Assembly: GCA_036012755.1 (NCBI GenBank)
Contig: DASCPX010000070.1
Coordinates: 32,001-96,000 of the forward strand
DNA length: 64,000 nucleotides
Direction: 5' to 3'
From: Myxococcota bacterium
Lineage (GTDB): Bacteria > Myxococcota_A > UBA796 > CAJQPC01
The notes under the pieces are model-generated. The model ran no database searches, was not told where the DNA came from, and was given only the letters and a program-made list of their open reading frames with translations. Both the position numbers and the translations under genes were made by a program. Shown piece by piece: positions 7,328 to 16,681 of this stretch (position 1 is the first letter of the stretch; every line of letters begins with the position of its first letter).

Positions 7328-9382
7328 TCACTGGAACCCCAACAGCCCCATCCCCTGGTACGTCAGGAAGCTCGCGACCCACGCCAGCGCTGTCATGTAG
7401 GTGAACAAGAACCCCGTCCATCCCCAGCTCTTCGTCTCTCGCTTCACCGCCGCCAGGGTCGACATGCACTGACAGGCCAGGGCGATGAAGACCATCAGTG
7501 ACAGACCCACGCGCGGTGTCCACACGGGCTGGCCGGAGGCATCGAGCTCGGCCTTCATCTGCTCGCGGAGCGTGGTCGGGTCGTCCTCGTCGAGCTCCTC
7601 GATGGCGTAGACCACGCCCATCGTGCCGACGAAGACCTCGCGGGCGGCGAAGGCTCCGACCAGCCCGACGCCGATCTTCCAGTCGTAGCCCAAGGGCTCG
7701 ATGACGGGCTCCATCGCCTTGCCCATGCGACCGGCGTAGCTGTGCTCGATCTGGTGAGCCGCGGCGACACCCTCGTCCGCTCCATCGAGGTCGGCCTGGG
7801 GGAAGCTCAACAGCACCCACATGCCGATGGTGCAGGCGAAGATGATGGTGCCAGCGTCCTTGAGGAAGCGGCTGGTCTGGCGCCACACGTGGCGGAGCAC
7901 GTCGGGGGGCCGGGGCAGGCGATAGGGCGGCAGCTCCAACAGCAGCGGCGCCGGCGGCGCCCGGAGCATGGTCTTGGACAGGACCAGCCCGGCGGCCAAG
8001 GCGATGAACACCGAGAAGAGGTAGATGCCCATCATCATCAGGCCCTGGGTCGTGAAGAAGCCCAGGACCTTCCTCGGCGGGAACAGGGCCGCGATGATCA
8101 AGGTGTAGACCGGCAGCCTGGCCGAGCAGGTCATCAGCGGGACGACCATCATCGTCAGGATGCGGTCCCGCTTCCGTGACATGGTCCGGGTGGCCATCAC
8201 CGCCGGCACGGCGCAGGCGAAGCCCGACAGCATCGGCACGAAGGCCCGCCCGTGGAGGCCCAGGGGCTTCATCACCCGGTCCATCAGGTAGGCGACCCGA
8301 GCCATGTACCCGGTGTCCTCCATCACCCCGATCAGCAGGAACAAGAGGACGATCTGCGGCAAGAAGACCAGCACGCTGCCGAGCCCGCCGATGACCCCCT
8401 CGACCAGGAAGTCAGTGAACAACCCCGGGGCGAGGTGGCCCGCGACCAGCTCGCCGAGGACACCAAAGAGGCCCTCGATGGCCGTGATCGCCGGGTCCGA
8501 CCAGGTGAAGAGCCCCTGGAAGACCAGGAGCATCACGACCACGAAGATCGCCATGCCGAAGACCGGGTGCAAGAGCACGCGGTCGACCCGCTCGGTGCGT
8601 TCCCGGCTGGCCTCGCCAGGGATTAGAGGCGCGATCTCGCGGTCCAGCCAGTCGTAGCGGGCCCTCACGATCTCCTCGTCGAAGCGCCCCTGTTGCTCCT
8701 CGATCCTGGCCCGAGCCCCGGGCGGGATGCCGCTGAGCTCGTCCTCCTCTCCGACGCTTGACAGCGCCCACAAAGCCAGAGCCCGTTCACCACCGAAATC
8801 TCCTGCGAGCTCGTCGAGGAGCTCGGAGAGCTCGGCCCGGGGGCTCCAGCGCCACCTGGGCTCTTGCTCCCGGTGCTCCAGGGCGTGGGCGATCACCTCG
8901 CGCAGGTCGTCCACACCCTCTCCCGTCCGCGGCACGCAGCCGACCACCGAGCACTGCAGGGCGGTCCCGAGAGCCTCGCTGTCCGGCATGGCCGCGCCGG
9001 CCTCGTCGATCATCGTGAGCGCGACGACGACGTCCAGCCCGAGCTCCTGGATCTGCAGCACCAGGTAGAGGTTGCGCAAGAGGTTCGTGGCGTCGCAACA
9101 GACCACGACGAGGTCAGCTCGAGGCTCCCCGTTGCGGCCGGCGATCCAGTCGATGGCGAGCTGCTCCTCGAGGGAGTGGGCCACCAGCGAATACGTGCCC
9201 GGCAGGTCCCGCAGCTCCAGGGTCCGATCGTCCAGGACGAGCTCGCCGACGAGGGGCTCGACCGTGACGCCTGGGTAGTTGCCCGTGCGAGCCCTGCCGC
9301 CGGTCAGGCGGTTGAACAGGGTGCTCTTGCCCGTGTTCGGGTTGCCCGCGACCAGGACACGAGGTCGCGCTCCCGAGTTCAC
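7328..9382 (-). CDS. feoB: Ferrous iron transport protein B
   Basis: GNPNTGKS, NYPGVTVE, DLPGTYSL, GFACAVPA, CSARLPVY. GTG 9382 overlaps the feoA stop. Confidence 0.97.
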   Translation of the reverse strand: MNSGARPRVLVAGNPNTGKSTLFNRLTGGRARTGNYPGVTVEPLVGELVLDDRTLELRDLPGTYSLVAHSLEEQLAIDWIAGRNGEPRADLVVVCCDATNLLRNLYLVLQIQELGLDVVVALTMIDEAGAAMPDSEALGTALQCSVVGCVPRTGEGVDDLREVIAHALEHREQEPRWRWSPRAELSELLDELAGDFGGERALALWALSSVGEEDELSGIPPGARARIEEQQGRFDEEIVRARYDWLDREIAPLIPGEASRERTERVDRVLLHPVFGMAIFVVVMLLVFQGLFTWSDPAITAIEGLFGVLGELVAGHLAPGLFTDFLVEGVIGGLGSVLVFLPQIVLLFLLIGVMEDTGYMARVAYLMDRVMKPLGLHGRAFVPMLSGFACAVPAVMATRTMSRKRDRILTMMVVPLMTCSARLPVYTLIIAALFPPRKVLGFFTTQGLMMMGIYLFSVFIALAAGLVLSKTMLRAPPAPLLLELPPYRLPRPPDVLRHVWRQTSRFLKDAGTIIFACTIGMWVLLSFPQADLDGADEGVAAAHQIEHSYAGRMGKAMEPVIEPLGYDWKIGVGLVGAFAAREVFVGTMGVVYAIEELDEDDPTTLREQMKAELDASGQPVWTPRVGLSLMVFIALACQCMSTLAAVKRETKSWGWTGFLFTYMTALAWVASFLTYQGMGLLGFQ

Positions 9383-9600
9383 CGGCTGACCTGGATCGCC
9401 TCGGCCTCGGCCTTGCGGATGGAGAGGCATCCACCTCGCACGGCGATCTCGAGGGGGTCACCGAGGGGTGCCACGCGCAGGGTCCGGATCGTGGTCCCGG
9501 GCACCAGGCCCAGCTCGAGCAGGCGGAGGCGAAAAGCCCTGCTGCCGTCGAGTCCTTCGACGGTGGCTTCGTGGCCGATGGGGAGCTGGCGAAGAGTCAT
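9379..9600 (-). CDS. feoA: Ferrous iron transport protein A
   Basis: RLLELGLVPGT...APLGDPLEIAVRG; adjacent to feoB. Confidence 0.95.
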   Translation of the reverse strand: MTLRQLPIGHEATVEGLDGSRAFRLRLLELGLVPGTTIRTLRVAPLGDPLEIAVRGGCLSIRKAEAEAIQVSR

Positions 9601-9661
9601 ATTGAAAAACCGTTTTCAATTAGGCACTGAACGTATAGCCTTATTGAAAACCGTTTTCAAG
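9601..9661. promoter_or_regulatory. Two Fur-box-like palindromes overlapping the feoAB promoter
   Basis: ATTGAAAAACCGTTTTCAAT (9601-9620) and ATTGAAAACCGTTTTCAAG (9643-9661) in an AT-rich island. Minus strand reads TTGAAA-17 nt-TATACG. Confidence 0.8.
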
Positions 9662-9665
9662 AAGA

Positions 9666-9863
9666 TCAGTAGTGGGGCGGGACCTCGTCCTCGAGCTTGT
9701 TCGCCTGCCCCCCCGCGGCCACCACCTGGTCCCGGACTTCAGCCAGGTCTCGCCTGAGCTGTTGGACCTCGCGGTTCAGCACCTGGACCACACCGTCGAG
9801 CTCGGCGATGAGCTGGTCCTGGTAGGCGCACTTGATCTCCAGCTCCTCGATGCGCTTGTCCAT
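9666..9863 (-). CDS. slyX: SlyX family protein
   Basis: RIEELEIKCAYQDQLIAELD...EDEVPPHY. Confidence 0.93.
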   Translation of the reverse strand: MDKRIEELEIKCAYQDQLIAELDGVVQVLNREVQQLRRDLAEVRDQVVAAGGQANKLEDEVPPHY

Positions 9864-10489
9864 CACTCGCCGCCGACGAAAGCGCGGAGCTTTCGGCGAG
9901 TCGGGGCGTCGACGTCGACGAACTCGAAGGCCACCCCGTCGCTGTCGCGGCGGGCTACCCGGCCGGAGACCACCAGGTGGGTCTTGCTGTCGGGCTCCAC
10001 GATCACCAACTCGACGGTTGAGGTGTCCGAGATCGGCAGGTGCGTCGTGACGTAGACGCCGCCGGCGGACAGGTCGTGGGTGTCGAAGCACTCGCCGTCG
10101 AGCCCCCCGATGCGGCAGACGACCGCGACCTGCGCTCGCGGGAAGGTGCGCCGCTCGTCCGCCTCACCCCGCTGACCCTGCTCCAGAGAGGCGATGAAGC
10201 GCTCCCAGTAGCGCCGGCTGCCGTGGACGAAGACCGAGAACGACAGGCCGCAGCCGCTGGTGTCCTCTGGGGCCGGGCGGGCGATCATCGTGGCCTCGAC
10301 GATGTTCGTGTCGGGCAGCTGGAGCCGCAGCCAGACGAGGTCGCCGGTCTTGCAGCCCGGGTGGCTGTCGATGTGGAGGCCGAACCGGGAGACGTTCGTC
10401 GTCTCGCAGGTCAGGCGAGTCTCGAAGACGCCGATGTCCACCGGAAGCTGGACTTCGAAGCGCGGAGCGCGGCGGCCTTGGTCCGACAC
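9863..10489 (-). CDS. Tandem PilZ-domain protein
   Basis: RRAPR...NVSRFG and RRTFPR...DLSAGG. GTG start at 10489. Confidence 0.85.
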   Translation of the reverse strand: MSDQGRRAPRFEVQLPVDIGVFETRLTCETTNVSRFGLHIDSHPGCKTGDLVWLRLQLPDTNIVEATMIARPAPEDTSGCGLSFSVFVHGSRRYWERFIASLEQGQRGEADERRTFPRAQVAVVCRIGGLDGECFDTHDLSAGGVYVTTHLPISDTSTVELVIVEPDSKTHLVVSGRVARRDSDGVAFEFVDVDAPTRRKLRAFVGGE

Positions 10490-10491
10490 GC

Positions 10492-11283
10492 TCAGAGCAT
10501 ACCGAGGAGGCCCTCGCAGGCCTCTCTCATGGCTCTGACCTGCTCCGGACTCATGGGGTCCGAGGCGGTGTAGGTCTTCATCAGCTGGAGGTTCATCTCG
10601 AGTGGCTCCAGCACGCCGCTGGGGATGACGTCGCCCCCGACCGTCGCAGCGTAGGTCGCGAAGTAGTCGCCAATCGGCGGTTTGTGGAACAGCGCGTGGC
10701 CCGCCTCGTAGCGCTCCGTGTCCTCCATCGCGCCTGCCAACAGTGCGAAGGCCTGGAGCCATGCCCCCGCCGCCATCAGCGGGATGATCTCTTCCCCACC
10801 GTGGTCCTCGACGAGATCGAGGGCGTGCATCCGGCCATTGTCCAGCCGCGCGAGGACCTCTTCTGGAAGGGGTCCGGTGCGCAGGAAGGCCTCCATGTCT
10901 TGCGCGGCAGCGGAGGCTGGTCCGTCCACCTTGATGGCGTCCAGGCCGGTCTGGATGCGCGCCATGCGTTCGGCCACGAGATCCGGGTCTGCGACTCCGA
11001 CCTCGATCGCGAAGGCTCCGATCTCTGCGCCGGTGCGCGCCGCCGCGATGTTCGCCACCACCACATCCGGCTTGTGCTCGACAGCGCGTGCCCGCACCAC
11101 TGCGGCTTCCTGGAGGCCAGCCGCGGTCATCGCGGCGTGGAGTTCGACGAGGCTCGGCACGAGCTCCACGCCCTCTGGCCGGTACTCGAAGGCCATCTCG
11201 CGCCCTGGCGCCGAGCCCTCGACCGGGGCGGGCTCCGGCGGCTCCGGCTCCTCGACGGAGCATGCCAAGAGGAGGAAGATCAC
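10492..11283 (-). CDS. Helical lipoprotein of unknown function
   Basis: MIFLLLAC; start overlaps the upstream stop. Confidence 0.7.
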   Translation of the reverse strand: MIFLLLACSVEEPEPPEPAPVEGSAPGREMAFEYRPEGVELVPSLVELHAAMTAAGLQEAAVVRARAVEHKPDVVVANIAAARTGAEIGAFAIEVGVADPDLVAERMARIQTGLDAIKVDGPASAAAQDMEAFLRTGPLPEEVLARLDNGRMHALDLVEDHGGEEIIPLMAAGAWLQAFALLAGAMEDTERYEAGHALFHKPPIGDYFATYAATVGGDVIPSGVLEPLEMNLQLMKTYTASDPMSPEQVRAMREACEGLLGML

Positions 11284-12512
11284 TACTCGGGCAGGAGTCC
11301 GACGACGGATGCCTGGGAGGCGATGGCCGCCTCACCCCAGAGCTCCTCGCTGGACAGCAAGTTCGGTGTCATCCAGATCTGGCCCGTGTGGTTGATGACC
11401 ACGAGCCCCCAGGTTCCGGTCGGGACCTCGTCTCCGACGAGCTCTTCGCCGTAGCTGCCGTCCTCGAGCACTGGGACGGCGGTTCCGGTCCATAGCAGCG
11501 GCAGGCGCGAGCTCGAGTAGGGCGCATTCGGCACCATCGCCGCGGGCAGGACCCAGTCGTCCGAGTGGGTCAGGGCACGCTGGAAGGGAGTGGCTCCGCC
11601 GTCGTCCGGGTTCGGCCGGAAGTCGATGAGCGCCTGGGAGATGGTGGCCTGCTCCGGGGGGTTGCCGTCTTCGTCCAAGAGGTGCCGCATCACCACGACC
11701 GGCCACATGTCGATGGCGCCGAGCCCCGCCGCCGCTTCGACCGGGTGGGGGTCTGCAACGCCGTCGCCGTCCTTGTCCCGCGCGATGACCGTGAAGGTCG
11801 TCGGGCAGTCCTCTGCGGTGGGGTCCTCGAGCTCCAGGAGGGGGTGCGAGATGCCAGTCGAGTCCAGGTCGAACTCGTGGTCGTGCACGTTGAAGACGTT
11901 GTTCTCGAGGTTGCGGTGGGGCAGGGTCTCCAGCGCCATCGCTCCGAGGCCGTATGCGGGACGCTCCCAGGGCAGGGGATCACCGACGAGGATGGTGATG
12001 CCGTCGACGTGGTCCGGGGCCTCGACCGACAGCGGCAGGATCTCGCCGCTGGCCGCGTCGAGCACGTAGGCGCCCAGCTGATCGCCGCAGGTCGCGCCGC
12101 CCGCGAAGTCGGTGAAGAAGGGGTTGAAGTCGTCGTCGTTGTCGATCAGCGCAGAGACGACGTAGTCGCCGGAGGCCAGGCCGGTGACCCCCCATGGCGC
12201 GCTCACCACGCCCTCTGCATAGGTCCCCAGCCGCTCGCCGGAGCCAGCGCCCCACTCGTTCGAGCCGATGGTCGCCAGGGCGATCGGCGAGCCGAAGCCG
12301 TTGGGCGGCGGGAGGTCGTCAGCCTCGTAGATGAGCACGTGCCCGACGCGCCGGTCGAGGAGCTCTCCACCGCTGTCGATGCTCTGGGTGGACGCCGAGC
12401 CGCTGGTCAACACGACGTCTCCGGAGAGCACGACCGTCTCCGGGTAGTCGCCGTAGTCGACGAAGGGGGCTTCGTAAGCGCAGCCGAGGAGGAGGGATCC
12501 GGTGAGGGTCAT
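11283..12512 (-). CDS. Acidic beta-rich lipoprotein of unknown function
   Basis: MTLTGSLLLGC; starts 2 nt after the TBDR stop; GDYVVSALIDNDDDF. Confidence 0.7.
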   Translation of the reverse strand: MTLTGSLLLGCAYEAPFVDYGDYPETVVLSGDVVLTSGSASTQSIDSGGELLDRRVGHVLIYEADDLPPPNGFGSPIALATIGSNEWGAGSGERLGTYAEGVVSAPWGVTGLASGDYVVSALIDNDDDFNPFFTDFAGGATCGDQLGAYVLDAASGEILPLSVEAPDHVDGITILVGDPLPWERPAYGLGAMALETLPHRNLENNVFNVHDHEFDLDSTGISHPLLELEDPTAEDCPTTFTVIARDKDGDGVADPHPVEAAAGLGAIDMWPVVVMRHLLDEDGNPPEQATISQALIDFRPNPDDGGATPFQRALTHSDDWVLPAAMVPNAPYSSSRLPLLWTGTAVPVLEDGSYGEELVGDEVPTGTWGLVVINHTGQIWMTPNLLSSEELWGEAAIASQASVVGLLPE

Positions 12513-12514
12513 GA

Positions 12515-15004
12515 TCAGAACCGGTACTGGACGGAGCCGTGGTAGCGGGAGCCGATGGGCTGCCCGAGGGGATGCTGGACCGTGTCGCCTTGGATGTCCG
12601 CGAGCCAGTTCCAGGCGTTCAGGGACAGATCCATGCGCTCCTCGCCGAGGGGCACGTGCCACACGAGCTTGTTCGACAGCACGATGCGACCCGGGCTGTC
12701 GGTGTCGACCGAGATGAACCGGCCCTCTTCGTCGAAGCCGCGGATCGGCCAGACCTGCCGGTCGACCCAGTTCGCCTGCATGCCGATGTCGAGGGTCCAC
12801 GGGCTGCGCCAGGCCACCCCGGCGTTGACCTTGTGGCGCGGGGTGGCGCGCAGGACGGTCTTCTCCTGGCCGACCTCGGCGATGCGCTCGTAGGCGTAGT
12901 TGGCGTAGGCGTCGACTCCCTCGATGCCGAAGTACTCGGCGCTGGCCTCGGCACCCACTGCCCGGAAGATCTCCCCCTCGTTGGCGAAGCTGGCCTGGCC
13001 CGCGACGTAGGCGCCGATGTCTTCGTCGAAGCCCCCCGCCGGCGCGGTAGAGGAGTCGAGGTCTGTGAGGTCGATGAGGTTGTCGACCTGGAAGCCATAG
13101 ACGGCCAGCTCGGCGCGGAAGACATCGGTGGAGTGGTCGAGGTAGCCGATCTCGAGCGACGCGATGCGCTCGGGTGCGAGCTCTGGATCGCCGACGGTGT
13201 TGACGCGGACGCCGTCGATGCCGCTGTCCAGGTAGAGGTTCGAGTAGGACTCCATGAAGGTCGGGGTCCGGAAGGCGGTGCCGGCGTTCACACGCACCGC
13301 GCGGCCCTCGCCCACCCTCGTGACCACCGACAGGCGCGGTGAGGGGATCGGGTTGGCGATCAGGGGGTGCTTGTCCACCCGGACGGCGCCGGAGAGCAGC
13401 ACCGGCCCGAAGCGCGACTCGTCCTGGATGAAGCCCGAGAAGTGATGCTGGACGTGGTCCGCGTCGAGGAAGCCCCAGACGATGCTCTTGTAGCGGTAGT
13501 TCACGCCGACGAGCAGCGTGTGGCGGTCATCTGCTCCGAAGTGGAAGTTGCCGTCCGCGGTCGCGTCGAAGACGTCGGAGAGCAGCTGCGAGGTGAGCGC
13601 GTAGCCCTCGGTCGGGTGGTACCAGCTGCCGGTGTCACCGTTGAGGCGGTTGTAGAAGGCGCGCACATGCAGCGGCCCGTAGCCGGCGTCGCCGCGCACA
13701 TAGCTGTTGCGCTGGTCCAGGTAGAAGTCGCGGAGCGCGCCGAGGCTCATGAACTCGATGAGGCCCACGGCCGAGCCACCGGAGACCGAGACGAAGCCCC
13801 TGTCCCCGACTCGCCAGTCGACCTGCCCGTTGGCCTTGGTCATCTCCAGCGCCGTGTCCTGGTCCTCGACGTCCGAGTAGAGGTCCGGACGGGTCGACAG
13901 GTCGACCGGCTGGGCCCAGCGGCCGTAGGTCGTGTAGCCGGCGGAGACGCGCCACCCCATGTTGTCCTGCCTGCCGCTCATCATGGCCGAGCCGTCGGCG
14001 TAGCCCCCCGTGCCGCCGCCGACGCGCAGCACGTTGTCGTTGGCGGGATCGCCAGGGGTCTTCGTGATGATGTTGACGACGCCGGCGAAGGCGTTGGCGC
14101 CGTAGATCGCCGAGCCGGGACCGCGGATGACCTCGATGCGGTCGATCTCGGCGAGGGTGATCGGAAGGGCCTCCCACAGGGTCGCGCCGATGAAGTCGAG
14201 GTAGACGCTGCGCCCGTCGACGAGGACGAGGAGCTTGTTGGACAGGCGCTTGTTGAAGCCACGCACCGACAGGTCGGACTGCCCGGCGGTCAGCGACAAG
14301 GCGTCCACGCCGGGGATCCGCGCGAGCAGCTCCGGCACGGACGTCGCCGAGCTCATCGCGATGTCCTCTGCCGTGAGGATCGTGATCGCGGCGGGTGCCT
14401 CCAGCGGGTCCTGGCCGTAGCGTGACGCCGTGACGACCACCCGGGCATAGAGGTCCTCGACCAGCGCGCCCTCCAGGGCGAGGGACTCGGGCTCGACGGT
14501 GGTGGGCTCCTCGATCTCGACCGCGACCACCTCGCCTGCTGCCTGCTCTCGTGCCGCCAGCTTCTCGGCGAGGGCCTGGAGCTCCTCTGCGTGGCGCCGC
14601 AGCTCGGCGAGCTCGTCCGCTGTCGCGACCGGGCCGGTGGAGGTGGTCTCGGGGACCTCGACCGGTGCCAGTGCGGCCATGCGGGTCCGCAGGGTCGCGA
14701 TGAAGCCCTCGACCGCTGCGCGGTCGATCGGCTCTGTGGCCAGGTAGAGCTCGAAGGTCTGGATCGCTTCTTCGTAGTGTCCCGCGTCGGCGTAGGCGCG
14801 GGCGATGTTGTAGAGCACGGCTGGGTGGGGGACGAGGTCGTAGGCCTTCTCGAACTTCTCGATGCCGCCGATGTAGTCACCGGTGGCGATGAGCTCGAGG
14901 CCCTCGTTGAAGGCTCGTCGCGCCTCGTCCTTCGGGGCCGCGAGGGCAGTCGAGGACCAGAGCAGGGACAGTCCCAGCAGGCAGCGCGAAAAGGAGTTCT
15001 TCAT
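12515..15004 (-). CDS. TonB-dependent receptor with N-terminal TPR domain
   Basis: Signal peptide; TPR (FEKAYDLVPHPAVLYNIARAY); VVVTASR TonB-box-like segment; plug RIEVIRGPGSAIYGANAFAGVVNIITK; terminal QYRF. Confidence 0.93.
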   Translation of the reverse strand: MKNSFSRCLLGLSLLWSSTALAAPKDEARRAFNEGLELIATGDYIGGIEKFEKAYDLVPHPAVLYNIARAYADAGHYEEAIQTFELYLATEPIDRAAVEGFIATLRTRMAALAPVEVPETTSTGPVATADELAELRRHAEELQALAEKLAAREQAAGEVVAVEIEEPTTVEPESLALEGALVEDLYARVVVTASRYGQDPLEAPAAITILTAEDIAMSSATSVPELLARIPGVDALSLTAGQSDLSVRGFNKRLSNKLLVLVDGRSVYLDFIGATLWEALPITLAEIDRIEVIRGPGSAIYGANAFAGVVNIITKTPGDPANDNVLRVGGGTGGYADGSAMMSGRQDNMGWRVSAGYTTYGRWAQPVDLSTRPDLYSDVEDQDTALEMTKANGQVDWRVGDRGFVSVSGGSAVGLIEFMSLGALRDFYLDQRNSYVRGDAGYGPLHVRAFYNRLNGDTGSWYHPTEGYALTSQLLSDVFDATADGNFHFGADDRHTLLVGVNYRYKSIVWGFLDADHVQHHFSGFIQDESRFGPVLLSGAVRVDKHPLIANPIPSPRLSVVTRVGEGRAVRVNAGTAFRTPTFMESYSNLYLDSGIDGVRVNTVGDPELAPERIASLEIGYLDHSTDVFRAELAVYGFQVDNLIDLTDLDSSTAPAGGFDEDIGAYVAGQASFANEGEIFRAVGAEASAEYFGIEGVDAYANYAYERIAEVGQEKTVLRATPRHKVNAGVAWRSPWTLDIGMQANWVDRQVWPIRGFDEEGRFISVDTDSPGRIVLSNKLVWHVPLGEERMDLSLNAWNWLADIQGDTVQHPLGQPIGSRYHGSVQYRF

Positions 15005-15022
15005 GGCCTCAGCAGCAGCAGA

Positions 15023-16576
15023 TCAGTCGTCGAAGGGGTTGGCCTTGTACCCGGCGGGAGCTTCTTTGGTCTCGGATTCGGTCGTCGTCTCGGGTTCGCT
15101 CCCGGAGCCAGCGTCCTCCGTCTCGGTGGCGACGACCTCGACGGTCGGGGTCGTCTTGACGGGGACAGGTCGTCTCGGCTCGGGCTCGAAGTCGAGATCG
15201 GGGTCTGGCGGGAGCTCGAGGACCGCCGGCGCTTCGAGTCGCTCCAGCGTCGCGTCGATCTCGAGCTCGCTGGAGGTCGAGAGGTCACGCTCGATGCGCG
15301 CCGAGACATAGCCGGGCAGGCTGAACTCGAAGCTGCGCAGGTCGGGCGACGCCGTCGACTCCAGGGTCAGGTTCATCGGCGTGTGGCCGAGGACCCGCTC
15401 CTGGCTGCGGACCTCGGCCCCCAGCGGTGTCGAGCGCAGGCTCAGCTCCACGCTGCGCGCCGCGGGGGTGGTCGTCCGGGTGGTCGCCGTCTCGGTGTCT
15501 TCGCCCATGAGCAGGGCGCCGCCGACGATGAGGGCTGCGAGAAGGACAGCAGCGGCGATGAGCAGGGGCCGCTTCTGCGATGGCCGTGGCTCTACGATCG
15601 TGGAGAGCGCCGTGAGGTCCTCTGGTGGGATCTCGCCGCAGGCTGCGAGGCCCTTGATGACGCTGCCCATGTCCGAGAAACGGCCGCTCGGGTCCTTTGC
15701 CAGGCAGCACTCGATGAGCCTCTCGAGGCCCTCTGGCAGCTCCAGGTCCGGGTAGCGCTCGGTGAGGCGCGGGATCGGCTCGTTGACGTGGGCGAGCATG
15801 GTCGACGTGGTCGTCTGGCCGTGGAAGGGGTACTCGCCGGCGATGCAGCGGTAGAGCAGGACGCCCAGGGCGTAGATGTCAGCGCGCTCGTCGAGGTCGG
15901 CCCCCTGGACCTGCTCAGGGGCCATGCAGTGCGGGCTGCCGAGGATCATGCCGGTGACCGTGATCGACTGGTCGCCCTCTGTGAGCTTGGCGAGGCCGAA
16001 GTCGACGACCTTGATGTGGTCAGCGCCATCCTCTTGCGCGATCAGCAGGTTGCCAGGCTTGAGATCGCGGTGCACCACCCCGTGGCGATGGGCGTGCTTG
16101 AGCGCCCGTGCGACCTGGATCATCAAGGTGATCGTGCGCATCGGCGCCAGCGGCCCCTCCGCCTGGAGCAGGCGGGACAGGGTGCGCCCGCGGACGTACT
16201 CCATGACCAGGTAGTAGGTGCCGTCCTGGGTCTGCCCGTAGTCGTGCAGCGTGACGGTATGGGGGTGGCTCAGGCGGGCGAGGGTCGAGGCCTCGAGGAA
16301 GAAGCGCCGCTCGAAGCTCGCTGAGTCGTTGGAGTTGGGCGGCTCCAGCAGGATCTTGATCGCCACGCGACGCCCCAGCGGAACCTGCTCCGCCTCATAC
16401 ACCGACCCCATGCCGCCTTTCGCGATGCGACGAAGGACGCGGTAGCGGCCCGCCAGCTCCCTTCCGACGAGGGGGTCCTGCTTGGGGGTGCGCTCGGTGC
16501 GCTTCTCCTGAATGTGTCGGTCTCCAGCCTGAGAATCGGAACGGGCATCGCTGATATGCGACGGTAATCGTAGCAC
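15023..16576 (-). CDS. Membrane Ser/Thr protein kinase with periplasmic PEGA-like domain
   Basis: IAKGGMGSVY, VAIK, HRDLKPGN, DFG, APE; one TM helix; STPLGAEV...LGHTPM...LPGY; ends YKANPFDD. Start uncertain. Confidence 0.92.
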   Translation of the reverse strand: MLRLPSHISDARSDSQAGDRHIQEKRTERTPKQDPLVGRELAGRYRVLRRIAKGGMGSVYEAEQVPLGRRVAIKILLEPPNSNDSASFERRFFLEASTLARLSHPHTVTLHDYGQTQDGTYYLVMEYVRGRTLSRLLQAEGPLAPMRTITLMIQVARALKHAHRHGVVHRDLKPGNLLIAQEDGADHIKVVDFGLAKLTEGDQSITVTGMILGSPHCMAPEQVQGADLDERADIYALGVLLYRCIAGEYPFHGQTTTSTMLAHVNEPIPRLTERYPDLELPEGLERLIECCLAKDPSGRFSDMGSVIKGLAACGEIPPEDLTALSTIVEPRPSQKRPLLIAAAVLLAALIVGGALLMGEDTETATTRTTTPAARSVELSLRSTPLGAEVRSQERVLGHTPMNLTLESTASPDLRSFEFSLPGYVSARIERDLSTSSELEIDATLERLEAPAVLELPPDPDLDFEPEPRRPVPVKTTPTVEVVATETEDAGSGSEPETTTESETKEAPAGYKANPFDD

Positions 16577-16585
16577 TTGGAACCA

Positions 16586-16675
16586 GCGTCAGCGGCGAGG
16601 GCCGCGGTATCGACGGCGGCAGCGGGAGCGGGAGCGGCCAACGTCAGCTCCTCGAGCACGCCAGCGGCTCCCGCT
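16586..16675. repeat. Degenerate NCGNNN/GCGGGA hexamer tract with inverted repeat
   Basis: gcgtca gcggcg agggcc gcggta tcgacg gcggca gcggga gcggga gcggcc; AGCGGGAGC (16621-16629) pairs with GCTCCCGCT (16667-16675). Confidence 0.55.
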
Positions 16676-16681
16676 AATCGC

